Source of the DNA: Lachnospiraceae bacterium | GTDB lineage: Bacteria > Bacillota > Clostridia > Lachnospirales > Lachnospiraceae | NCBI GenBank assembly: GCA_022791975.1 | Contig: JAAWAC010000012.1 | Location: 58,518 to 122,517, forward strand | DNA length: 64,000 bases | Direction: 5' to 3' | Part shown: positions 46,297 through 55,592 of the stretch, one piece after another | Layout: every line of letters starts with the position of its first letter | How positions within the stretch are numbered: position 1 is the first letter of the stretch | Notes under the pieces: generated by a model | The model's database searches: none | What the model saw: the letters and a program-made list of their open reading frames with translations, nothing else | Told to the model about the DNA's origin: nothing | Program-made: the position numbers and the translations under genes

Positions 46297-46322
46297 AAAT
46301 TTTATCAGAGCCTAAATAGATA

Positions 46323-46356
46323 TAAGGCAGTGCTTCCTCTTTTCAGCACTGCCTTA
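46323..46356 (-). terminator. Terminator-like hairpin separating the upstream unit from spoVAD
   Basis: TAAGGCAGTGCT...AGCACTGCCTTA 12-bp inverted repeat. Confidence 0.65.
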
Positions 46357-46402
46357 CGTTTTTCTCATAAAAGTTTGGATTTTTTTGTGGAGCAGACATT
46401 CC

Positions 46403-46750
46403 TTACACTTCTTTTTCATTTTCCCGGGAGGATACCTCCTTCACCTCTTTCCCAATCTCCTCTTCCTCTCCGGCTTCTTGTACCCTCTCTTCCTGCATCT
46501 CCCCCCTGGCTTCTTGTACCTTCTCTTCCTGCGTCTCCTCCCCGGCTTCCTGTGCCTGTGCCATTCCCTTGCGAACTCCCCATATCACCAGGCCCACACC
46601 GGCCACCACAAAGGCCACCATAAAAGCCCCTATCAAAAGTTTTTCCCCTCCGGCCACCGTGCCCAAATCCTGGCTCAGGCCATAAGCCAGGTATACCAGA
46701 TAAAGGCCCGCTACCGTGTACAACACGGTTCTCGTCTTATCTCTCCCCAT
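46403..46750 (-). CDS. Small two-TM hypothetical protein with Glu-rich repeated tail
   Basis: GGAGG RBS before ATG 46750; two TM helices; 12-aa repeats EAGEETQEEKVQ / EARGEMQEERVQ. Confidence 0.7.
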   Translation of the reverse strand: MGRDKTRTVLYTVAGLYLVYLAYGLSQDLGTVAGGEKLLIGAFMVAFVVAGVGLVIWGVRKGMAQAQEAGEETQEEKVQEARGEMQEERVQEAGEEEEIGKEVKEVSSRENEKEV

Positions 46751-47576
46751 TGCTCCCTCCCATCTTAAACCGTCCAATCATCTCCCGAGTCAGACTAACC
46801 CCATCATCCTCCAGGGGAATGTCCTCCCGCTCAAACCATTCTCCCACAGCCAGCTCCCGATGGTCCAGGGTAATGGAAGTATCTCCATCCACCTCACAGA
46901 AGAAACCACAGAGCAGAGTGGAACTAAAGGACCAGGGCTGACTTTTGTAGTAACGGATATTTTTCACCCGAAGGCCAACCTCCTCCATAACCTCCCGCTC
47001 CACCGTCTCCTCCAGGGTCTCCCCAATCTCCGTAAAGCCAGCTACCAGGGCATAATTTACGGCGCCAGGGCGATTGGCGTACTTTGTGAGCAGCAGACGA
47101 TTCCCGTTGGTTACAGCCACGATAACCCCCGGGCAGATCTTGGGATAAACCAAATTCCCACAGTGCTCACAGCGCATCATCCGCTCTTCATGGTCCATAC
47201 TCATGGGGCGACCACAACGACCACAGAACCGGTTGGCCCCATACCAACCATACAGCTGCTGTCCGGTTATGCCTGCAAACCCCAGATAGCGGGGGAGCGC
47301 ATTCCGAAAAACCGGGGCACTCTCCCAGTCATATCCTGGCAGTTCTTTCTCCAATTCTCCACGTAACAAAAAGAACCGCTCCTCACTGATGGTAAACAAA
47401 TAGACCAGCTCTTCCTGCCTTTGACAGAGCTCCCCCACCCTGGGATAGGCTATCTGTCCTGCCTCAAAGTGGCACAGTACCTTCCCCTCCCGGTATACCA
47501 TCAACCAGTCCTCTGGCTTTGGAGTCTGCTCCTCATAATGATTGTCATATTTCTTTGGTGCAATATCCTGTATCAT
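46737..47576 (-). CDS. nudC: NAD(+) diphosphatase (Nudix)
   Basis: Zn ribbon FCGRCG...CEHCG..YP, Nudix box GFTEIGETLEETVEREVMEEVG, SQPW. Confidence 0.93.
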   Translation of the reverse strand: MIQDIAPKKYDNHYEEQTPKPEDWLMVYREGKVLCHFEAGQIAYPRVGELCQRQEELVYLFTISEERFFLLRGELEKELPGYDWESAPVFRNALPRYLGFAGITGQQLYGWYGANRFCGRCGRPMSMDHEERMMRCEHCGNLVYPKICPGVIVAVTNGNRLLLTKYANRPGAVNYALVAGFTEIGETLEETVEREVMEEVGLRVKNIRYYKSQPWSFSSTLLCGFFCEVDGDTSITLDHRELAVGEWFEREDIPLEDDGVSLTREMIGRFKMGGSNGER

Positions 47577-47701
47577 GATTCTTCTTACGCTCCTCGTCCT
47601 ATGTATTTCCCCTCAGATTCTATTATAGCCATCCGGAAGCCTGGCTTCAATATGATATTTATAGAATTCCTCTGCCTGGCAACCATTGTTATCTCTGTAG
47701 C

Positions 47702-48595
47702 CTAAACAGAAAAGCTTTGTTTCCCACACAGCTCATAATAAAAAATATACTGTTGCAGAATTCCCCGGATATCTTTGTACCTGCGATTGGGAAACCCTCT
47801 TCTGTAGTGGTTAGCCAGTGCCTGGCTGATATGGGTGTCCACAGGAAAGGCCTCCAGGTGGTGCAGGGCAAACAGACAGATACAGTCAGCCACCTTCTCC
47901 CCCACCCCGAAAAGTTCCAAAAGCTTCTTCCTAGCCTTCCCGTAAGGCATTCCCCTCACCTCTTCCAAATCGAACTCACCGGAAACCACATTTCTGGCTG
48001 CCCGGACCACATATTTACTGCGGTAGCCCAGATTGCAGGCCATAAGGGAATCCTCCTTAAGGTCTGCCAGGACCTCCGGACAAGGAAAGGTATGGTAAAT
48101 TTCTCCCCGGAAATTCACCCGCTTCTCCCCATAGGCTTCACAGAGATTTTGAATACACCGGCGGATTCTCCCTATATGGTTCTGCTGAGAAATCAGAAAA
48201 GAGACGATCATCTCCCACAGATCCTGGTGAAGGATTCGGATTCCCCAGCCAAAGTCCGCCGCCTGAAGCAAAAAGGAATCCCTGGGGTTTATCCGCTCCC
48301 GCAAACTCCCGTAATCCCCATCCAGATCAAAATAATCCTTCCAAAACGCCTCAAACTCTGCCTCTTCACAGTGAAAGATGCAGTCTCTCCCCTGCTGTTC
48401 TGCCTCCAGATACCGCTCTTTGGTCTGAATCGCATACCGGACTCTGTCCTCTCCCAAGGCCCCTCCAGACATTCCCTGGACCGTCTCTGGCCTTCCTTCT
48501 TTTTCAGAAGCCTTTCCAAGGGCCTCCATGCGAAAGCACTGTCCGGAACGGCAGATTTGTTCCAGGCTGAAATAATCCACGCTTTTGTATACCAT
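47702..48595 (-). CDS. 8-oxoguanine DNA glycosylase (Ogg, HhH-GPD)
   Basis: SGQCFR, GIRILHQD.WE...SFLISQ.N, LGYR, GVGEKVADC..LF...FPVDTH. Confidence 0.9.
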   Translation of the reverse strand: MVYKSVDYFSLEQICRSGQCFRMEALGKASEKEGRPETVQGMSGGALGEDRVRYAIQTKERYLEAEQQGRDCIFHCEEAEFEAFWKDYFDLDGDYGSLRERINPRDSFLLQAADFGWGIRILHQDLWEMIVSFLISQQNHIGRIRRCIQNLCEAYGEKRVNFRGEIYHTFPCPEVLADLKEDSLMACNLGYRSKYVVRAARNVVSGEFDLEEVRGMPYGKARKKLLELFGVGEKVADCICLFALHHLEAFPVDTHISQALANHYRRGFPNRRYKDIRGILQQYIFYYELCGKQSFSV

Positions 48596-48624
48596 CCTTC
48601 TCCTCCATCTTTTCCGTGTAAAAA

Positions 48625-48658
48625 ATAATCGCTTCATCCCAAAAGACGAAGCGATTAT
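48625..48658 (-). terminator. Terminator after rpsR
   Basis: ATAATCGCTTC...GAAGCGATTAT hairpin with a T-tract on the minus strand. Confidence 0.75.
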
Positions 48659-48681
48659 CACAGTCTTATTCTTATGAAGTC

Positions 48682-48948
48682 TTAGTCCTGAACGTAAGGC
48701 ATCAAAGCGATATGGCGGGCTCTCTTGATGGCAACTGTCAGAGCTCTCTGATGCTTTGCGCAGTTTCCGGTGATTCTTCTGGGAAGAATCTTGCCTCTCT
48801 CAGACACATATCTCTTTAATTTATTTACATCCTTGTAGTCAATCTCATTATTTTCTTTACCACAGAACACGCAGACTTTCTTTCTCCTGCGGCCCATAGG
48901 GCGTCTCTTCATAGGAGCATCGCCTTTGTCGGATTTTGTGTAAGCCAT
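48682..48948 (-). CDS. rpsR: 30S ribosomal protein S18 (Zn-binding type)
   Basis: RRKKVCVFC...IDYKDV...[19 protein letters not shown]. Confidence 0.98.
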   Translation of the reverse strand: MAYTKSDKGDAPMKRRPMGRRRKKVCVFCGKENNEIDYKDVNKLKRYVSERGKILPRRITGNCAKHQRALTVAIKRARHIALMPYVQD

Positions 48949-48989
48949 TTCCTCTACCTCCTCAAATATTTCTCTATCTGTCCCGATTG

Positions 48990-49445
48990 TTAGTTAAATG
49001 GTAATTCCTCGTCAACCCCATCCGGAATGTTCATAAAACCGTCAGCTGCTGCGGAAGGCATGGGTGCCGCAGACGGACGGAATTCACTGTTGTCTACGCC
49101 TCCATTGCCACTGGCATTCTTGCTCTCTGCAAATTCCACCTCTTCCACTACCACATCGGTGGTGTAAACCTTCTGTCCATCCCGATTCGTATAGCTGCCT
49201 GTCTGAATCCGGCCGCATATGGTCATACGCATTCCCTGTCGGAAATACCGCTCCACAAACTCCGCCGTTTTCCCAAAGGCAACACAGCCGATAAAATCTG
49301 CAGTCTGTTCTCCGTTCCCGTCTCTTCTGACAAATCTGCGGTCCACAGCCAGCGTAAATCTGGCTACAGCCGTAGTATTCTCACCCTGGGAATAGCGAAC
49401 GTCCGGATCTCTGGTTAAACGTCCCATCAAAATGACTTTATTCAT
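48990..49445 (-). CDS. ssb: Single-stranded DNA-binding protein
   Basis: [14 protein letters not shown], acidic C-terminal EELPFN; between rpsF and rpsR. Confidence 0.97.
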   Translation of the reverse strand: MNKVILMGRLTRDPDVRYSQGENTTAVARFTLAVDRRFVRRDGNGEQTADFIGCVAFGKTAEFVERYFRQGMRMTICGRIQTGSYTNRDGQKVYTTDVVVEEVEFAESKNASGNGGVDNSEFRPSAAPMPSAAADGFMNIPDGVDEELPFN

Positions 49446-49464
49446 ACTAACAATCCTCTACTTT

Positions 49465-49755
49465 CTATTTTGCATCTTTGCGAATGCACAAATAACGGAT
49501 AACGTTATCCATGATGCGAATACGTTTTTCTACCTCAGCAGGACATGTGCTGTCAGCATCAAACTGAATAAAGTAGTAGAATCCCTCTTTCATGTGCTGG
49601 ATCTCATAGGCAAGTCTCTTCTTACCCCAATCCTCCACTTCCGTCACAACTCCGCCGAAACGGGTTACCAGGTCTTTCGCCTTCTCGACGGTAGCGGTTC
49701 TTACGTCATCTTCTACCTTTGCACTCACAACTACTGCTAATTCATATTTGTTCAT
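49465..49755 (-). CDS. rpsF: 30S ribosomal protein S6
   Basis: MNKYEL...WGKKRLAYEI...EGFY; AAGGAGG RBS. Confidence 0.97.
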   Translation of the reverse strand: MNKYELAVVVSAKVEDDVRTATVEKAKDLVTRFGGVVTEVEDWGKKRLAYEIQHMKEGFYYFIQFDADSTCPAEVEKRIRIMDNVIRYLCIRKDAK

Positions 49756-49763
49756 GCGTCTTT

Positions 49764-49810
49764 CCCTCCTTTTGGTCTCTGGCCTCCCCCTGAAAGAGGA
49801 AGCAAGGAAT
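49764..49810 (-). ncRNA. S6:S18 ribosomal protein leader (autoregulatory RNA)
   Basis: Minus strand TTCCTTG-CTTCCTCT-TTC-AGGGGGAG-GCCAGAGACCAA-AAGGAGG: outer stem sequesters the SD, inner hairpin, CCR-containing bulge; SigA-like TTGAAT-17-TAAACT upstream. Confidence 0.7.
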
Positions 49811-49872
49811 CTGTTAAAATGGTCTATACCACGGATTATTAGTTTATCACATTTTCCGACTAAATTCAAGCG

Positions 49873-50067
49873 CTATTTTCTCTTAAATTTCACAATTTTG
49901 CCTAATTTCCCCAGCCTTCTTGTTTTCTCCTTTTCTTGCTCCCCAGTTTTCCTGCTGTTGTAATCCTCATGAAGCTTGTTGCACCACCCTGCCCCTATGG
50001 GTGCGACGGTCACAATGGCGTCGCAGGCCAGCTTGGCAATATCCCTTCGCACAATTCGCAGTGGCAT
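49873..50067 (-). pseudogene. Truncated remnant of a macro-domain gene
   Basis: Strong AAGGAGG RBS; MPLRIVRRDIAKLACDAIV resembles macro-domain N-termini (MPLxIVRNDITKxxVDAIVNAAN) but similarity ends after about 19 codons. Confidence 0.55.
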
Positions 50068-50089
50068 GGAAACCTCCTTTGTATCCGGA

Positions 50090-50269
50090 TTAAGGGGTGC
50101 GAAGTCCCCGGGTATTTTTCTCCACCAGCTTTCTGGAAATCATTATCTGATGCCCACACCCCATGCATTTCAGACGGAAATCTGCCCCCACCCGCAGAAT
50201 TTCCCATTCCTGGCTGCCACAGGGATGCTTCTTTTTAAGCTTTACAATATTTCCCACCTGATATTCCAT
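50090..50269 (-). CDS. DUF951 (YyzM-like) small protein, 59 aa, below the ORF-track cutoff
   Basis: Hand translation MEYQVGNIVKLKKKHPCGSQEWEILRVGADFRLKCMGCGHQIMISRKLVEKNTRGLRTP; GGAGG RBS. Confidence 0.9.
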   Translation of the reverse strand: MEYQVGNIVKLKKKHPCGSQEWEILRVGADFRLKCMGCGHQIMISRKLVEKNTRGLRTP

Positions 50270-50297
50270 TTCTCTACCTCCACTGCCCTACCGTCTG

Positions 50298-51011
50298 CTA
50301 CAGCTGGGAAAGCACCTGGCCAATACTTCCCTGAATCAGCAGATCTGCCTGGGAATCCCGGGGCGTGGGTGCTTTGTTGATAACTACCAGCGCGCTGCCC
50401 GTAAAGTAATCAATCAGTCCGGCCGCAGGGTACACAGCCAGAGAAGTACCCCCAATAATCAGCAGATCCGCCTGGGAAATGGCCCGCATCGCTCCCTGGA
50501 TCACCCGGTCATCCAACCCCTCCTCATAGAGTACCACATCTGGCTTCATAACGCCACCACAGTCACAGCAGGGCACTCCCTGGGCCTTCTGGATATATTC
50601 TGCGCCATAAAATTTCCCACATTTGGTGCAATAATTGCGCAGCACGCTGCCGTGGAGCTCATAAACTCGTTTGCTGCCAGCTGCCTGGTGCAAACCATCA
50701 ATGTTCTGGGTGACTACAGCTGCAAGCTTTCCCTCCGCCTCCAGCTGGGCCAGCTTCTGATGGGCAGCATTGGGCTTTGCATCCAGAATCAACATTTTCT
50801 CCCGGTAAAACCGGTAGAATTCCTCCGTATTTCGCACATAAAAGGTATGACTCAATATGGTCTCTGGGGGATATTTCCACTGCTGATGGTATAAGCCATC
50901 TGTACTTCGGAAATCCGGAATGCCGCTCTCTGTGGAGACACCGGCCCCTCCAAAAAATACAATCCGCTCACTCTTGTCTACCAACTCCTTCAGCTTCATC
51001 ACCTTATCCAT
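50298..51011 (-). CDS. cobB: NAD-dependent protein deacylase (Sir2/CobB family)
   Basis: GAGVSTESGIPDFR, TQNIDGLH, LHGS, CxxC...CxC, KPDVVLYEE, GTSLAVYPAA. Confidence 0.93.
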   Translation of the reverse strand: MDKVMKLKELVDKSERIVFFGGAGVSTESGIPDFRSTDGLYHQQWKYPPETILSHTFYVRNTEEFYRFYREKMLILDAKPNAAHQKLAQLEAEGKLAAVVTQNIDGLHQAAGSKRVYELHGSVLRNYCTKCGKFYGAEYIQKAQGVPCCDCGGVMKPDVVLYEEGLDDRVIQGAMRAISQADLLIIGGTSLAVYPAAGLIDYFTGSALVVINKAPTPRDSQADLLIQGSIGQVLSQL

Positions 51012-51067
51012 GATTGTTCTTCCCCCTTTTTATGCAAGTTGCCGGAGCTGCCTCCTATCTCCTGCTT

Positions 51068-51919
51068 CTATATCCGCTTGGCATGAACTACAAAACGAGA
51101 GGTTTTTCCGCTTTTCTCACAGGTGGACAAGGTCAATATCTGATTCTCCACACTCACTTCCACCCCTGTGTCATACAGAGAATTTCCCTTGATCATCTCC
51201 AGATATTCCGCGTAAACCTCGTCCGGGGCAAATCCGATGGTATAGCTTTCACTTCCTACCTTGGTCACATAGCAGGAGAAAATCTCGTACTGTAACATGC
51301 CCTCCTCCACACTCACATAAATATAGGGATGAGCCACCAGATAGGTAGGCGATTTGTATTCGGACAGGCTTCCAAACATGGAGCCATTTTTCATATTGTG
51401 TCCATAAAGAATGGTGTGATAATCCGTAAAATCACTGGCGTTCAGGGTCTCCATAAAAATACTTCCCGCCCCGTTTACCTTATCCCGGAAGGTGTGATTC
51501 AAATAGTAAGCATTGTCGCTTCCCTGCATAACCGGATAGCTAATCTGGGTGTCCGGAATCTCAATCCAAGCAATAATATTCTCATTGATTGCCTTAAGCT
51601 CATCAAAGCTTACATGCTGTAGGGCAGGCTCCTCTTCGCCCTCCTCCTGCTCCTCCGTATCGCCCTCTTCCGTATCTGCAATTTCTGGCACCTCGGAAAT
51701 CACGTACTGTTGCAGGTCATCATATTCATCTGTGCCAGCCTTGTACTCCAACAGAATGGACATCAGCTGATAGCCGGAAAAACCCAAAACACAGACGCAT
51801 ACCAGGATCATGACCAGCCAGATCTTTCCTCCCCCGCCTTTTTTCTTTTTCCGGGCTCGGACCTTCCCTTCCGTCTCCTCCAGCTCCAGGTCATTCTTTT
51901 CTTCTGTCAAATCTTCCAT
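51068..51919 (-). CDS. srtB: Class B sortase
   Basis: N-terminal TM; YPVMQG.DN.YYL, YGHNMKNGSMF, TLSTC...R catalytic triad; start could also be 51961. Confidence 0.9.
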   Translation of the reverse strand: MEDLTEEKNDLELEETEGKVRARKKKKGGGGKIWLVMILVCVCVLGFSGYQLMSILLEYKAGTDEYDDLQQYVISEVPEIADTEEGDTEEQEEGEEEPALQHVSFDELKAINENIIAWIEIPDTQISYPVMQGSDNAYYLNHTFRDKVNGAGSIFMETLNASDFTDYHTILYGHNMKNGSMFGSLSEYKSPTYLVAHPYIYVSVEEGMLQYEIFSCYVTKVGSESYTIGFAPDEVYAEYLEMIKGNSLYDTGVEVSVENQILTLSTCEKSGKTSRFVVHAKRI

Positions 51920-52105
51920 AAATCTTGTCCCTTTTCCTTTCCCTGGGCCTTGCCTGCGCATTTCTTTTGGCCCTGTCTTACCCTGGCTTTATTCTAACAA
52001 AAAAAACGAAAAAACTCCAGTAAAATTTAGCGCTTTCATTTGACATCTGCTCCTGCTTCTATTACAATATAGGGCATCAAATACGATGAGGGGATAAAAC
52101 ACGCC

Positions 52106-52861
52106 ATGGAAATCTCAATCCAACTGCTGCTGATTGTCTGCCCCCTGGTTTTTCTGGCCGGGCTGGTGGATTCCATTGCCGGAGGAGGCGGCTTGATTTC
52201 GTTGCCCGCATTTTTGCTGGCCGGACTTCCGCCCCACACAGCTATCGCCACCAACAAGCTCTCCTCTACCCTGGGTACTACCATCTCCGCAGCCAGGCTT
52301 ATCCGCTACATCGATTTGCCCCTGGCCAGTGTCTCCGTTATCTTTGCTCTGCTGGGCTCTGCTTTGGGTTCCCGCCTTTCCCTGCTGGCGGATGAAAAGC
52401 TGATCCAGCATATGCTTCTACCCATTCTGGTGGTGGTCGCCTACTATGTACTGCGCAAAAAGGATCTGGGGGAATCCTCCCGGGAGGAGGCCTCTCTGCC
52501 TCGAATCCGAATGTTTCTCCTGTCTATGCTTATTTCCCTGGCAGTGGGTTGCTATGACGGCTTCTATGGCCCCGGCACAGGCACCTTTCTCCTTTTGCTC
52601 TTTACTGGTCTGACAAAGCTGGATGTCCTCACCGCCTCAGCCAACACCAAGGTGGTAAATCTGGCCTCCAATGTGGGCTCTCTGGTTATCTTTATGCTCC
52701 ATGGAAAAGTTTTTTATGCTCTGGGCTTGCCTGCCGCCCTGTTTTGCGTCCTGGGTCACTATATTGGTTCCGGCCTGGTAGTAAAAAACGGGACGCGTAT
52801 TGTGCGTCCCATTATCCTGGTGGTTCTTGTGATTCTATTTGTAAAGATTGTGTTTTTTTGA
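52106..52861 (+). CDS. TauE/SafE (TSUP) family membrane protein
   Basis: AGLVDSIAGGGGLI, ATNK, YDGFYGPGTG, NLASN. Confidence 0.92.
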   Translation: MEISIQLLLIVCPLVFLAGLVDSIAGGGGLISLPAFLLAGLPPHTAIATNKLSSTLGTTISAARLIRYIDLPLASVSVIFALLGSALGSRLSLLADEKLIQHMLLPILVVVAYYVLRKKDLGESSREEASLPRIRMFLLSMLISLAVGCYDGFYGPGTGTFLLLLFTGLTKLDVLTASANTKVVNLASNVGSLVIFMLHGKVFYALGLPAALFCVLGHYIGSGLVVKNGTRIVRPIILVVLVILFVKIVFF

Positions 52862-53507
52862 TAACGGTCTTACTTTCCTCCTGGTATGGCAAAATGCAAA
52901 TATTTTCTGGGATCTCTCCATCCAGAGAGCATACTGCCAACTCCTTGGAAAATTTTTCCATATCATACAGACAAAAGGTATATTCTTTTTCTCCTTTTTC
53001 CCCAGAAACAGCAAGAGACCAGCTTTTGGGAAAGCGGTTGCCCAAGCGGAAATCCTTTTCCTCTGGCAACACGGAAAAGCTGTCCAAAGGTATTCGAAGT
53101 CCCCGGCCATCGGCCTTCACATAGCTCTCCTTTAATACCCACAACTGAAAAAACAGGCGCTCCCGCTCTTTCTGGGGAGTGTAAGCCCAGAGCCTTTGCT
53201 CCTCCTTAGAAAACCGCCGCAGAATCTGTTCCTGATATTTTCGCGGCCGCCATCCTTCCACGTCCACCCCCACTGGGGCATCGGCCAAGGCACAGCAAAC
53301 CCCACCTCTGGTGTGGCTGAGGCTAAAGAACAGCTCCGGATATTGGGGGAAAAAGGGCTTTCCCCAGGCATCCTTCTCCATGGCCGGAAGCTCCCCCAGA
53401 TGAGGAAACCGGTGGGACAGGGCAGCAGCCAGAAGCCGCCGCACCTCCAGGGAGCCTGGATTTCTCTTTGGAGAAACAGGAAAAGGCGAAAAATAAACCG
53501 TTACCAT
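52812..53507 (-). CDS. Sfp-type 4'-phosphopantetheinyl transferase
   Basis: GKP, FSLSHT, VGVDVE, WVLKESYVKADGRGL. Confidence 0.9.
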   Translation of the reverse strand: MVTVYFSPFPVSPKRNPGSLEVRRLLAAALSHRFPHLGELPAMEKDAWGKPFFPQYPELFFSLSHTRGGVCCALADAPVGVDVEGWRPRKYQEQILRRFSKEEQRLWAYTPQKERERLFFQLWVLKESYVKADGRGLRIPLDSFSVLPEEKDFRLGNRFPKSWSLAVSGEKGEKEYTFCLYDMEKFSKELAVCSLDGEIPENICILPYQEESKTVIKKTQSLQIESQEPPG

Positions 53508-53512
53508 GTTAT

Positions 53513-53929
53513 CTAGACCTGCTCTGCAAACAGAACCTCTTCGGCCAGGGCCGCCGCGTCCGCCACGCATTCCTCGCAGGAGCACAGCATTTTGCCGCTT
53601 TCCATGCCCTTTAGATCTTTGCAGACAGCAGAGCCGTTCTTTTCCCGAAATTCCTGCAATATCTTCTTGGTAAATCTGTAGGTGGAACCCTTGGTTCCCG
53701 GGCTGGCCAAATTTCCGTCACTGTTTTTCAATCCTGCCAGCAGCACGGTGCCAGCCACAGCGCCGCAGGTGCCCTCCATATCTCCCATGCCGGCTCCAAA
53801 TCCCTCCGCTACCCGAAACATGGTCTGCTCGTCCATTCCCACCAAATCGCAGTAGGCACAGGCCACAGCCTGGCAGCAGTTATATCCCTTCCCGCGATTT
53901 TCCAATGCCTTCTCCACTCTCTTTTCCAT
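53513..53929 (-). CDS. C-GCAxxG-C-C family putative redox protein
   Basis: YNCCQAV, GFGAGMG..GTCGAVAG, GSAVCKDL, CEECV. Confidence 0.9.
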   Translation of the reverse strand: MEKRVEKALENRGKGYNCCQAVACAYCDLVGMDEQTMFRVAEGFGAGMGDMEGTCGAVAGTVLLAGLKNSDGNLASPGTKGSTYRFTKKILQEFREKNGSAVCKDLKGMESGKMLCSCEECVADAAALAEEVLFAEQV

Positions 53930-53949
53930 TGTTTCCTTCCACCTTTCCT

Positions 53950-55431
53950 CTATTTATGATACAGCTTTTTTGTCTCATACACTGGCTCACAGGTCAGCCG
54001 AATTCCCAGGCGCCGAAATACCGATTCATCCACCTGGGATAAAATCACGCTGGAATGCACCTCACAGCCCTTGAGGTTGGGCAGCTGCTCCATGGCAATC
54101 CTGGCGGACTCGTCGTGAACTGCACAGATGGACAATACCACCAATAGCTCGTCCAAATGCAGGCGGGGATTTACATTTCCCATATGCCGTACTTTCAGGT
54201 TCTGGACTGGCTCTATGATCTCCGGAGAGATAAGCTTTAGAGCATCATCCAGATTTCCCAGGCATTTGAGGGCATTTAGCAGCATGGCGGAGGAGGCTCC
54301 CAAGAGATCGCTGGTGCGCCCGGTGACCACCGTGCCGTCTGGCAGCTCCATGGCCGCCGCCGGCTCCCCGGTCTCATCTGCCTTTTTCCTGGCTGCGCCG
54401 ATCACCGGCCTCTCCTCCTCCCCAAGTCCCGCCTGCTTCATTAGAAGCTCCAACTTGTATACAATTTCCTCATTCATCTCTCCTTTTCGATGATCACAGA
54501 GGGCCTGGTAATACCGCCGGATAATCTCCTGAAAGGCGGCTTTTTTAACATTCTCATCGTCTATAATGCAGTTTCCCACCATATTTACCCCCATATCTGT
54601 GGGCGAAAAATAGGGGGACTCCCCAAAAATCTGCTGGAATATGGATTGCAGAACCGGAAATATCTCCACATCCCGGTTATAGTTCACTGTGGTAACTCCA
54701 TATTTTTCCAAATGGAAGGGGTCGATCATATTCACATCCTTTAAGTCAGCGGTAGCTGCCTCATAGGCAATATTCACCGGATGCTTTAAGGGCAGGTTCC
54801 AGATGGGAAAGGTCTCAAATTTGGCGTAGCCCGCCTGCACTCCCCGCTTATGCTCATGGTACAGCTGGGACAGACAGGTGGCCATTTTTCCGCTGCCAGG
54901 TCCTGGAGCCGTCACGATCACCAGGGAACGGGTGGTTTCAATATACTCGTTTTTCCCATATCCCTCCTCGCTGACAATCCGGGACACATCTGAGGGATAT
55001 CCTGGAATCACATAATGCCGATACACCCGCAGGCCCAAAGTCTCCAGCTTTTTCTGGTAGGCCGCCGCACTGGGCTGGTCCCGAAATTGGGTCAGCACCA
55101 CACTGCTCACGTACAGGCCATACCCATCAAAGGCATCAATCAGCCGCAGTACATCCGCGTCGTAGGTAATCCCATAGTCTCCCCGCTTTTTGTTTTTCTC
55201 TATATCCCCCGCATTGATAACAATGACCACCTCTGCATGCTCTTTCATCTGAGCCAGCATGCGGATCTTGCTGTCCGGCTGAAATCCAGGCAAAACCCGG
55301 GCCGCGTGAAAATCATCAAAGAGCTTGCCGCCAAATTCCATGTACAGCTTGCCGCCAAACTGTCCGATGCGTCTGCGAATCTGCTCTGACTGCATCTCCA
55401 GATATTTATCATTATCAAATCCTCTAGTCAT
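53950..55431 (-). CDS. DUF1846 (UPF0371) family protein
   Basis: GFDNDKY, KLYMEFGGKLFDD.HAARVLPGF, APGPGSGKMATC, YAKFETFP. Confidence 0.9.
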   Translation of the reverse strand: MTRGFDNDKYLEMQSEQIRRRIGQFGGKLYMEFGGKLFDDFHAARVLPGFQPDSKIRMLAQMKEHAEVVIVINAGDIEKNKKRGDYGITYDADVLRLIDAFDGYGLYVSSVVLTQFRDQPSAAAYQKKLETLGLRVYRHYVIPGYPSDVSRIVSEEGYGKNEYIETTRSLVIVTAPGPGSGKMATCLSQLYHEHKRGVQAGYAKFETFPIWNLPLKHPVNIAYEAATADLKDVNMIDPFHLEKYGVTTVNYNRDVEIFPVLQSIFQQIFGESPYFSPTDMGVNMVGNCIIDDENVKKAAFQEIIRRYYQALCDHRKGEMNEEIVYKLELLMKQAGLGEEERPVIGAARKKADETGEPAAAMELPDGTVVTGRTSDLLGASSAMLLNALKCLGNLDDALKLISPEIIEPVQNLKVRHMGNVNPRLHLDELLVVLSICAVHDESARIAMEQLPNLKGCEVHSSVILSQVDESVFRRLGIRLTCEPVYETKKLYHK

Positions 55432-55539
55432 ATGCGTACACCCCTCATTTGCAACATTGAAAACATCTCTTAAAATTAAACCATTTTCCCACCAAGTTTG
55501 TCAATGTCTTTCCCAAAAGAGAATCGGGATTTTGTCCAA

Positions 55540-55583
55540 AAAGTTCCCCAAAAAGAAGTCATAACCTCTTTTTGGGGAACTTT
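55540..55583 (-). terminator. Terminator after feoB copy 2
   Basis: AAAGTTCCCCAAAAAGA...TCTTTTTGGGGAACTTT 17-bp inverted repeat. Confidence 0.8.
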
Positions 55584-55592
55584 ACTATCTTT

